This document shows, piece by piece, positions 56,467 through 64,000 of a DNA stretch of 64,000 bases; position 1 is the first letter of the stretch, and every line of letters starts with the position of its first letter. Origin of the DNA: a virus; IMG/VR virus record IMGVR_UViG_3300025536_000015. One strand, given 5' to 3'. Made by a program: the position numbers and the translations under genes. Below the pieces are notes generated by a model that was not told the DNA's origin, searched no databases, and was given only the letters and a program-made list of their open reading frames with translations.

Positions 56467-57705
56467 ATGGAAAACACAGACGAACCGACCACCGCTCTAG
56501 AAAGAATCCCGGTCCCCGAAGTCGTCGACCTCGAAATCATCCGTTCCTCGATCGGCCCGTCTATCGACAAGGCCCTGCACCACGCCGCAAAGATTGCGGC
56601 CAGCATCACTGACGACGCCTCCCGCGAGATCGCCATAGATGCGGTCGAGAAGGTCAAAGACGACTGCCTCACCGTTTTAGAGAAGTGGCGCGAAGACTAC
56701 TACGTCCCGAAGTACCGCGACGCCGAAGACGCCCGGTCCGTTTTCGACACGCGCATCAAGGAGGCCAAGGCTGTCGTCAAGACCATCATGAGCCACGTCT
56801 CCGACTACAACGTGCGCAAGAAGCGCGAGGCCGACCTGGCACGGGAGCGCGCCGAAGCCGAGGCGCGGCGCCTGCGCGAGGAACTGGAGCGCAAGCAACG
56901 GGAACTCGAAGCCGCCGAGCGCCGCGCCAATGAGGCGGCGGAGGCGGAGAAGCGCCGCATCAAGGAGGCCGAGGAGGCCGAGGAGCGCCGGATCGTGGCC
57001 GAGGCCGAAGCACGCATCCGCGCCGAACGCGCCGCCCGCGAAGCGGCCGCCGCCGAGACAGCCCGTAAGCTCAAGGAGGAGGAGGATGCCCGCCTCAAGC
57101 AGGCCCAGCTGGCCAAGGACGTCGGAAACGGGGACGCCAAGGTCGATACCATCCTCGAGAGCGCCACGCCGATCAGCCCAGTCCTGGCCAAGCCCGAGCA
57201 GGCCAAGGACCTCGAGACGCTTCGCCTGGAGAACGAACAGGCCACGCGCGTCGCCGAGGAGAAGGTCCTGCGGGAGCAGGCCGCTGCGGCCGAGGCCGAG
57301 AATGTGCGCCTAGCGGCCGAGGCCGACGCCAAAGCCAAGCGCGAGGAGCTGGCCACGGCCACCGCCGCCGCGACCAGCGCGGCCGCCGCCGCAGCGGCGA
57401 CATCGATCGCCACAACGACCGACTCCCGTACCGTAAGCGTGACCAGATGGAAGGTCGACTTAGCCAGCGACGGGACGGTGGACGGAGACCGCGCCGCAGT
57501 CATGACGCTACTCAAGGCGATCGTGGAAGGCCGTGCGCCCATCGAGGCCATGGGATTCGATGAGAACCACCCAGAGGATTTTAGGCCGTCTTGGGTCGTC
57601 AAGCAGGCAGCAGAAAAAAAGGATAGATTTTTTTGCCCTGGCTGGAAGGCTTATCCACAAGCTGATGAACAACTAAAACGTCGCACCGTAGGTGGGAGAC
57701 GTTAG
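56467..57705 (+). CDS. Long coiled-coil protein
   Basis: Extended E/A/R-rich helix. Confidence 0.65.
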   Translation: MENTDEPTTALERIPVPEVVDLEIIRSSIGPSIDKALHHAAKIAASITDDASREIAIDAVEKVKDDCLTVLEKWREDYYVPKYRDAEDARSVFDTRIKEAKAVVKTIMSHVSDYNVRKKREADLARERAEAEARRLREELERKQRELEAAERRANEAAEAEKRRIKEAEEAEERRIVAEAEARIRAERAAREAAAAETARKLKEEEDARLKQAQLAKDVGNGDAKVDTILESATPISPVLAKPEQAKDLETLRLENEQATRVAEEKVLREQAAAAEAENVRLAAEADAKAKREELATATAAATSAAAAAAATSIATTTDSRTVSVTRWKVDLASDGTVDGDRAAVMTLLKAIVEGRAPIEAMGFDENHPEDFRPSWVVKQAAEKKDRFFCPGWKAYPQADEQLKRRTVGGRR

Positions 57706-57706
57706 A

Positions 57707-58183
57707 ATGCCACGAGGCGTCTACGCTCGCACCATAAAATCTCTCCCGGAAAGATTCTGGGCCATGGTTGATAAGAACGGTCCAGCGCCAAAGCACAACC
57801 AAAAGATCGGAGCGTGCTGGTTGTGGACAGGATATCGTTCCACGAATGGATACGGCCAGATCAATCGCGGTGACCACCGCATCGATTATGCCCATCATGT
57901 CGCATTTGAGATTCAGAACGGGACGATCGACACCAATCTGGACGTAATGCATGAGTGCGACAATCGCCCCTGCGTACGCGGAACACACCTCGTGCAAGGG
58001 ACGCGAAGCAAGAACATTGGTGATTGCGTCGTTCGCGGAAGACACTTCTCACCATATCGCCATAGGACACATTGCAAAAACGGGCATCTGTTCACTGAAG
58101 AAAAACGCCCCGACGGTGAAGGAAGAATATGCCGAACATGCATTAATGATAGGGCAAGAAAATATCGTAAAGGGAGACGCTAA
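57707..58183 (+). CDS. HNH homing endonuclease
   Basis: CWLWTG..GYG...VMHECDNRPCV..HL...N; HCKNGH; lower GC. Confidence 0.85.
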   Translation: MPRGVYARTIKSLPERFWAMVDKNGPAPKHNQKIGACWLWTGYRSTNGYGQINRGDHRIDYAHHVAFEIQNGTIDTNLDVMHECDNRPCVRGTHLVQGTRSKNIGDCVVRGRHFSPYRHRTHCKNGHLFTEEKRPDGEGRICRTCINDRARKYRKGRR

Positions 58184-58185
58184 CC

Positions 58186-58527
58186 ATGGCCGAAGGTGGA
58201 GCCGTTTATAAAGAAATCATCCTCAAGACGATCCGCGAGAAGGAATGGAAGGATGGGAAAGGCTTCGGCGTTTGGGTGGTGCAGACCGTCAAGGACGACA
58301 AGAGCTTTAAGATTCAGGTCCGCGCCGGCATGTACCGGCCGGACAAGGTGACTGGCGAGAAGGTCCTGCCCAAAGACGGCCTCGATGAAGGCGACTTCAA
58401 AACCGTCCACGCCGCCTGGAAGGAAGTCGAGCCGTTGCTTCAGATCCCGAAAGGAACCGCCGTCGACCCGCGCACGACCGACGACACGCCGGAACCGGAG
58501 GCCGAACTGCCTCCGTGGATGAAGTAA
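58186..58527 (+). CDS. Possible ssDNA-binding protein (PC4-like)
   Basis: Beta-rich core with acidic tail ending ELPPWMK. Confidence 0.45.
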   Translation: MAEGGAVYKEIILKTIREKEWKDGKGFGVWVVQTVKDDKSFKIQVRAGMYRPDKVTGEKVLPKDGLDEGDFKTVHAAWKEVEPLLQIPKGTAVDPRTTDDTPEPEAELPPWMK

Positions 58528-58535
58528 GGAGAACC

Positions 58536-60035
58536 ATGAAATCACTGAGCAAGAGCCAGTACGTGCGCGGCAACCAATGCCTCAAGAGCCTGTGGTTGTA
58601 TAGAAACAGAAAAGATTTACAGGACCCCGTCGACCCGTTCCAGCAGTCGATCTTCCACTCCGGCACCGCCTTCGGCCTCCTGGCCATGAAACGGTTCGCC
58701 GGCGGCGTCCTCATCCATGCCGACCACGCGCATCCCGAGGACGCTCTGGCCCAAACGGCCGACGCCGTCGCCAGCGGCACCAAGATCATCTACGAGGCCG
58801 CGTTCTTGTTCGAGGACGTCCTGGTGCGCGCCGACGTCGTCACGAAGAACGACAACGGAACCTGGGACCTGACCGAGGTCAAGAGCGCCACGAAGATGAA
58901 CGACGTCTACCTCCTCGACGTCGCCGTGCAGCGCCATGTTATGAGCGGCGCTGGCTTCCCGGTTGCGCACGCGCGCGTGGCGCACGCCAACCCCGGATAC
59001 GTCCGCTACGGCGAGCTCGACCTCGACAAGCTGTTCGTGGTCGTAGACGTCACGGAGGCGTCCGAGCCGGCCCTGAGCGAGGTCCCCCAGCGCCTGGGGC
59101 GCATGAAGGTCTTCGCCGACGCGCCGGCCGCGCCCGAGATCGGCATCGGGAGCCATTGCGCCAACCCGTACCCCTGCGACTTCGAGGGGAACTGCTGGGC
59201 GCACGTTCCCGAGTACTCCGTCTTTAACCTGGCCTACGCGAAGATGGAAACGAAGCTGGACCTGTTCAACCGCGGCGTCCAGCTGGTCCATCAGGTCAAC
59301 CCAGACTTCGACAACCTTACCGACAAGCGCACGATCAAACAGGTCCAGATCGCGCGCCTGGGCAAGCCGTACGTGGACCTCGAGGCCATCGGCTCCTTCC
59401 TCAACGGCCTGCGCTACCCGATCGCGCACCTGGACTTCGAGACGGACAACCCGGTCATCCCACCGTACGACGGCCTCAAGCCCTACCAGCAGATGCCGTT
59501 CCAGGCTTCCGTGCGCGTCCAGCAGGAGCGCGGCGGGCCGCTCACCGAGTACGGCTACCTAGGCGACGGCTTGGAGGATCCGCGCCGCGACCTGATCGGC
59601 TTCCTCTCCGAACACGTTCCCGAGCAGGGCCACGTCCTGGCCTACTACAAGAGCTTCGAAGGCGGGCGCCTGAAGGAACTCGCGCAGGGCCCCGGCGTCG
59701 GCAACCGAGGGCCGCAGCTCCTCGACATGGCCGCGCGCCTCGTCGACCTGGCAGACCCGTTCAGCAAGAACTGGTACACGCATCCCGGCTTCAAGGGCAA
59801 GTGGTCGATCAAGAACGTCCTGCCTATCCTCGTCCCGACGATGACCTACGCCGGCCTCGTCATCCGCGACGGCACGGCTGCGATGGCCGCGTACGCCGAA
59901 CTCCGCGACCCGAAGCTCGACCCGGCGCGCCGCGCCATGCTCACCGAGGCGCTCAAGGTCTACTGCGGCCAGGACACGATGGCCATGGTTAAAATCCTCG
60001 AACACCTATGGGCGCAGGTCGGCGTAGCGGCGTAA
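58536..60035 (+). CDS. DUF2779-domain protein (PD-(D/E)xK plus RNase H-like domains)
   Basis: LSKSQY...C.K.LWL, EVKS, HC.NPYPCDF, LDFET, MPFQAS, YC.QDT. Confidence 0.82.
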   Translation: MKSLSKSQYVRGNQCLKSLWLYRNRKDLQDPVDPFQQSIFHSGTAFGLLAMKRFAGGVLIHADHAHPEDALAQTADAVASGTKIIYEAAFLFEDVLVRADVVTKNDNGTWDLTEVKSATKMNDVYLLDVAVQRHVMSGAGFPVAHARVAHANPGYVRYGELDLDKLFVVVDVTEASEPALSEVPQRLGRMKVFADAPAAPEIGIGSHCANPYPCDFEGNCWAHVPEYSVFNLAYAKMETKLDLFNRGVQLVHQVNPDFDNLTDKRTIKQVQIARLGKPYVDLEAIGSFLNGLRYPIAHLDFETDNPVIPPYDGLKPYQQMPFQASVRVQQERGGPLTEYGYLGDGLEDPRRDLIGFLSEHVPEQGHVLAYYKSFEGGRLKELAQGPGVGNRGPQLLDMAARLVDLADPFSKNWYTHPGFKGKWSIKNVLPILVPTMTYAGLVIRDGTAAMAAYAELRDPKLDPARRAMLTEALKVYCGQDTMAMVKILEHLWAQVGVAA

Positions 60036-60217
60036 TGACTTTGATGGGGCTGCCGGGAGACCCCGGACCGGAACGGACTTCGAAAGGCCGGTGCCTTCGG
60101 GCATGGCGGGCGCGAGGTTCGTTTCCTGCAAACTTGTGGTACCCAAGAAATGAAGGCGAGGTTAAACCTTGGCCGAAGCAGGCGCAAGACCTGCCCCCAT
60201 TACCGATTGGATTTTAG

Positions 60218-60246
60218 TTGACAAGTAACATGGCGTTTGCCATCAT
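60218..60246 (+). promoter_or_regulatory. Sigma70-like promoter TTGACA-N17-CATCAT
   Basis: Spacer contains ATGGC-N4-GCCAT. Confidence 0.6.
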
Positions 60247-60289
60247 ACGCAACGGATAAAATCCGGACGAATTGACGGACAGGAGAGCC

Positions 60290-60682
60290 ATGAGCGACAC
60301 GACGGGAATGGTCCACGCCGATCCGCGCCGCGCCGAGGCCGAGGCACTGGCCAAGGTCGCGCCGCACCTCAAGCGCATCAAGACACGTATCATGGCCTGG
60401 GCGACGAACGCCGGGGAGAACGGATTGACCCCCGACGAGTTCGCGCGGGAAACCGGGGCGCTCATCAACACGGTGCGCCGGCGCTTCGTGGACCTTTGGA
60501 AGGCCGGCGAGCTCAAGCCCACCAAGATGACGCGCCCGAACGCGCGCGGCAACCCGGAGACGGTCTGGGTCCTGGGCCACGACGCGCTCGGTGCGGCGGT
60601 GCGCGAGACCAAGGACCAGAAGATCAAACGCCTCGAGGCGCGCGTCGCGGAGCTTGAGAGCACCCTGAGCCGAGCGATATGA
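60290..60682 (+). CDS. Winged-helix DNA-binding protein
   Basis: GLTPDE...INTVRRRF.DL...G.L. Confidence 0.65.
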   Translation: MSDTTGMVHADPRRAEAEALAKVAPHLKRIKTRIMAWATNAGENGLTPDEFARETGALINTVRRRFVDLWKAGELKPTKMTRPNARGNPETVWVLGHDALGAAVRETKDQKIKRLEARVAELESTLSRAI

Positions 60683-60867
60683 CCAACGACCAGATCAAGG
60701 CGCACACGATCGACTTCGCCATCAAAATGGCCAACGACGGTGCCGAGCCGGCCGACCAGCTGACGGCCGTCGCGTTGCTGATCCAGTGCAGCTTAAAGGC
60801 CGTAACGCCTTTGCAACGGACGAAGATCGCCAGCATTTACTTCGACACGATCAGGGCAAACTTGTGA
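60679..60867 (+). CDS. Hypothetical protein
   Basis: ATGA-coupled ORF. Confidence 0.5.
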   Translation: MTNDQIKAHTIDFAIKMANDGAEPADQLTAVALLIQCSLKAVTPLQRTKIASIYFDTIRANL

Positions 60868-61448
60868 AAGGTTTCACCCATGAAACACCACGCCAGGGCG
60901 CGACCAACGTCTGGCTGACGCCGCACATCGGGAACGGAAGATTAAACCAAGAGCAGGCCATCGAACGTTTCCTGCCACGCTATAAACTGCTCGACGAATG
61001 GACTGGATTCGATAAGCAACACCGCTTTTTAGACACAGCCACCGGAAGGGTCGTAACAAAAAGCGGATATTCGGCACGTTCCTCTAGGAAATGGAAAGGT
61101 CGATGGGCCATGATACGAGAGAAGATTTGGCATGGATGTTCAGATAAGCCTTGGTACAGATGCTGGGAAGGGATGATCTCTAGGACCACAGACGGAAAAA
61201 AGAGATGTTACGATGGCATTGTCGTCTGCGTGGAATGGCGAGATCCGCGCGTCTTTGGAGAATGGGCAGAGCGCAACGGATTCGCGCCTGGATTGACCAT
61301 CGAGCGAAAAAACCCGCGCTCTCATTACGCGCCAGAAAATTGCGAGTGGATCACTAAGCAAGAAAACAGCTCGCGAAGTCATATCACAAGCCCGCGTCAC
61401 CATGATAGTAAAGGCCGGTTTGCCCGCGGCGTTTGGAAGCCGGCGTGA
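60864..61448 (+). CDS. HNH-like endonuclease with unusual N-terminus
   Basis: HG...WY..W.GM..R...VC.EW...F..WA..NG...LTIER...Y.PENC.W; lower GC. Confidence 0.75.
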   Translation: MKGFTHETPRQGATNVWLTPHIGNGRLNQEQAIERFLPRYKLLDEWTGFDKQHRFLDTATGRVVTKSGYSARSSRKWKGRWAMIREKIWHGCSDKPWYRCWEGMISRTTDGKKRCYDGIVVCVEWRDPRVFGEWAERNGFAPGLTIERKNPRSHYAPENCEWITKQENSSRSHITSPRHHDSKGRFARGVWKPA

Positions 61449-62554
61449 CGCCGGAACTCAACCGGATATACCTAGGCGACAACCTCGCCACCATGAAGAC
61501 GTGGCCGGACGCCTTCGTCCACACCTGCGTCACCTCGCCGCCTTATTTCGCGCTCCGCGACTACGGCACGGCATCGTGGGAAGGCGGAGACGCCTCGTGC
61601 GCGCACAGCGTCGGAGGACAGGTGCCGGACGGAAAGGCACCGGGCGCGATCTCTGCCGGCGTCCGCCCCGGGGTAGACGCCAGCAAGTGCCGCAAGTGCG
61701 GAGCGAAACGCATCGACCAACAGATCGGCCTCGAGGCCACGCCAGAGGCCTACGTCGCACGCCTCGTCGAATTGTTCCGCGAGGTCCGACGCGTTCTCCG
61801 CGATGACGGTACGCTCTGGCTCAACCTCGGCGACTCATATAACGCCTACAACGGCAACCGGGGCACCGAGAGCGAGTACGCCGGCAAGCGCAACGCCATG
61901 GAGCCGGCGTTCCCGGCTGGCCATGGCCTCATGGCGAAAGGGCTCAAGCCCAAGGACCTCATCGGGATCCCGTGGATGGTCGCACTCGCTCTGCGCGCCG
62001 ACGGCTGGTACCTGCGATGCGACATTATATGGGCCAAGAAGAACTGCATGCCGGAGAGCGTTACGGACCGGCCCACGAAGGCGCACGAGTATATTTTTCT
62101 GTTGTCGAAGTCGGAGAAATATTTTTACGACGCGGAGGCGATCAAGGAGGCGATCACAGAATCGTCCATCGCGCGCGTGGCGCAAAATGACGGACGGCCA
62201 GTGCTCAACACCGACCGCAAGCGCGATAGCACGCAGGCCGAACAGACGCTTGACATCGCGGCGATGGTGCCGGCGGACGGACGAAGGAACAAACGATCGG
62301 TGTGGAACGTCGCGCTTAAACCTTTCAACGAAGCACACTTCGCAACTTTCCCTCCGGACCTGATCTCCCCGTGCGTATTGGCCGGCGCGCCACGTGGGGG
62401 GGTCGTATTGGACCCATTCATGGGCGCGGGGACCACGGCCCTCGTCGCCGCCACACATGATCGCCAATATATCGGGTGCGAATTGAACCCGGAATATAAG
62501 TCCATAGCCGACGCGCGCGTGGCGAACGAATCCGCGCAAGAGAAAATGCTATGA
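61445..62554 (+). CDS. N4/N6 DNA methyltransferase (beta class)
   Basis: VTSPPYF, HFATFPP, VLDPFMGAGTT. Confidence 0.9.
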   Translation: MTPELNRIYLGDNLATMKTWPDAFVHTCVTSPPYFALRDYGTASWEGGDASCAHSVGGQVPDGKAPGAISAGVRPGVDASKCRKCGAKRIDQQIGLEATPEAYVARLVELFREVRRVLRDDGTLWLNLGDSYNAYNGNRGTESEYAGKRNAMEPAFPAGHGLMAKGLKPKDLIGIPWMVALALRADGWYLRCDIIWAKKNCMPESVTDRPTKAHEYIFLLSKSEKYFYDAEAIKEAITESSIARVAQNDGRPVLNTDRKRDSTQAEQTLDIAAMVPADGRRNKRSVWNVALKPFNEAHFATFPPDLISPCVLAGAPRGGVVLDPFMGAGTTALVAATHDRQYIGCELNPEYKSIADARVANESAQEKML

Positions 62555-64000
62555 GTAAGCGGAGGCCCCCGATGACGTTCGGTAGCGTCTGCTCGGGCAT
62601 CGAGGCCGCCAGCGTCGCCTGGCATCCGCTCGGCTGGCGTGCGGCGTGGTTGGCCGAGATCGATAAATTCCCCGCCGCCGTCCTGAAGCACCGCTACCCC
62701 GACGTGCCGAACCTCGGGGACATGACCAAGATCCACGAGTCGGAGGTTTTCAATGGAGCAGATATCGATGTTCTCGTCGGAGGAACCCCCTGCCAATCCT
62801 TCAGCGTCGCAGGACTTAGAGCGGGACTGGCGGACCCGCGCGGCAACTTGGCACTCGTCTTTCTTAGGCTTCTTGACCATAAACGCCCCCGCTGGGTGGT
62901 CTGGGAGAACGTCCCCGGCGTCCTATCCTCCTGGTCGGATGCGGCGGAGCGTCCTGCGACCGCCGGGGACTACGACGCCGCCGGACAACCCGACCCCGGA
63001 GACGGACGACGAGGAAGCGTCGTCGAGCAGTCCAGTGATTTTGACACCTTCACCTGCGGCCTTCGGGAACTCGGGTATGGTCTCGCCTGGCGAGTGCTTG
63101 ACGCTCAGTATTTCGGAGTTCCCCAGCGCCGGCGTCGCGTCTTCGTTATCGGCTATCTTGGAGACTGGCGACCTGCCGCGGCGGTTCTTTTTGAGCGCCA
63201 CAGCTTGTATGGGAATCCTCCGCCGAGCCGCAACAAGGGGGAAAACGTTGCCGGCCCGCTTGGAGCTTGCTCTGAAACAGGCGGCCGGAGGACAACAGAT
63301 TTAGATGGACACAGGGCTCATGTCGTATATGAAAACCATGGCCAGGACTCGCGCGTTAAGGAGTGCGACGTCAGCCCGCAGATCAATGCCAAGGCCGGCA
63401 CTGGCGGCGGGAACCTGCCGCTGACGATCACGCCTGCGCCAGTAATGTTTAAACCGTCGCACTACACGCGCGGTAAGGACGGCGCGCCGAGCGAGGTTTC
63501 GCCGCCGCTGTCCGCCGACGCCGACAAAGGCGACCAGGATCCTCTCGTGTTTGAAACACGCTTTGCGCGCAACGGGAGAGGAGCTCCGGACACCGTATGT
63601 CCCCCGCTCAAAGCGCAGAGCGGCGAGACGGGCAAGGGCGACGCCGCGCCCGTCGTGGCTTTCACACAGAACAGCCGATCAGAGGTCCGTGAGATAGGAG
63701 GCGACGGCCAGATCGTCGGCGCTCTGGCGGCGGAGCCGGGTGCCCAACAACAGAACTACATAGCCGCAGGGGGGGGGATACCTGCGCCGGGACAGGCGAC
63801 GGCTCGAACCGCCGTGCGTCGTCTCACGCCGCGCGAATGCGAACGCCTTCAGGGTTTCCCAGACGACTACACGAACATCGCGCGCAACGGGAAAGACACG
63901 ACCGACGGTCCGCGATACAAGGCACTCGGCAATTCCATGGCGGTCCCGGTCATGCGGTGGATCGGGGAACGGATACAGATGGTGGAAGATTTAAATAAAA
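62551..64000 (+). CDS. C5 cytosine DNA methyltransferase (runs off window end; absent from ORF track)
   Basis: SVCSGIEA, GGTPCQSFS, WENVPG, PQRRRRVF, RRLTPRECERLQGFPD, GNSMAVPV in one frame. Confidence 0.92.
   Translation, partial: MSKRRPPMTFGSVCSGIEAASVAWHPLGWRAAWLAEIDKFPAAVLKHRYPDVPNLGDMTKIHESEVFNGADIDVLVGGTPCQSFSVAGLRAGLADPRGNLALVFLRLLDHKRPRWVVWENVPGVLSSWSDAAERPATAGDYDAAGQPDPGDGRRGSVVEQSSDFDTFTCGLRELGYGLAWRVLDAQYFGVPQRRRRVFVIGYLGDWRPAAAVLFERHSLYGNPPPSRNKGENVAGPLGACSETGGRRTTDLDGHRAHVVYENHGQDSRVKECDVSPQINAKAGTGGGNLPLTITPAPVMFKPSHYTRGKDGAPSEVSPPLSADADKGDQDPLVFETRFARNGRGAPDTVCPPLKAQSGETGKGDAAPVVAFTQNSRSEVREIGGDGQIVGALAAEPGAQQQNYIAAGGGIPAPGQATARTAVRRLTPRECERLQGFPDDYTNIARNGKDTTDGPRYKALGNSMAVPVMRWIGERIQMVEDLNK

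Noticed and set aside
1047-60286. Exact 14-mer TGACGGACAGGAGA at 1047 and 60273
   Set aside because: Only two copies and largely a ribosome-binding site; insufficient for a claim
827-62880. Many long minus-strand and alternative-frame ORFs in the track (e.g. 12950-14599, 19533-20702, 23558-24826)
   Set aside because: They shadow well-supported + strand genes, are Arg/Ala/Gly-rich and motif-free, as expected in high-GC DNA
62753-63304. 183-aa + strand ORF in the track
   Set aside because: Out-of-frame shadow of the C5 methyltransferase, whose motifs run in another frame

Overview
The window is almost the whole genome of a GC-rich, long-tailed dsDNA phage (siphovirus-like), with essentially every gene on the + strand. 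Order: lambda-O-like replication initiator with iterons, RusA, ParB-methyltransferase, DUF5131, MazG and small early genes (1-10.8 kb); terminase, portal and head genes (11-24.7 kb); neck and tail genes (34-48.8 kb); amidase lysis region; then recombination/replication genes (RecD-like helicase, RecT, nucleases, two HNH genes) and two more DNA methyltransferases (51.8-64 kb). No integrase or tRNA was seen. The most striking feature is a sugar module interleaved with the virion genes: PMI-type cupin, GDP-sugar SDR, NeuB-family synthase plus TIM-barrel partner, NeuA-family cytidylyltransferase, B12 radical SAM, SAM methyltransferase, and three DUF115/Maf-like proteins next to the capsid and tail-tube genes. 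I infer a phage-encoded system that makes a nonulosonic (sialic-like) acid and attaches it to virion proteins. Other highlights: a second copy of the origin with inverted iterons in the head operon, a 37-aa secreted Cys-loop peptide on the minus strand that the ORF track missed, and a six-promoter family sharing an operator-like motif. All family assignments are by motif recognition; no searches were run.
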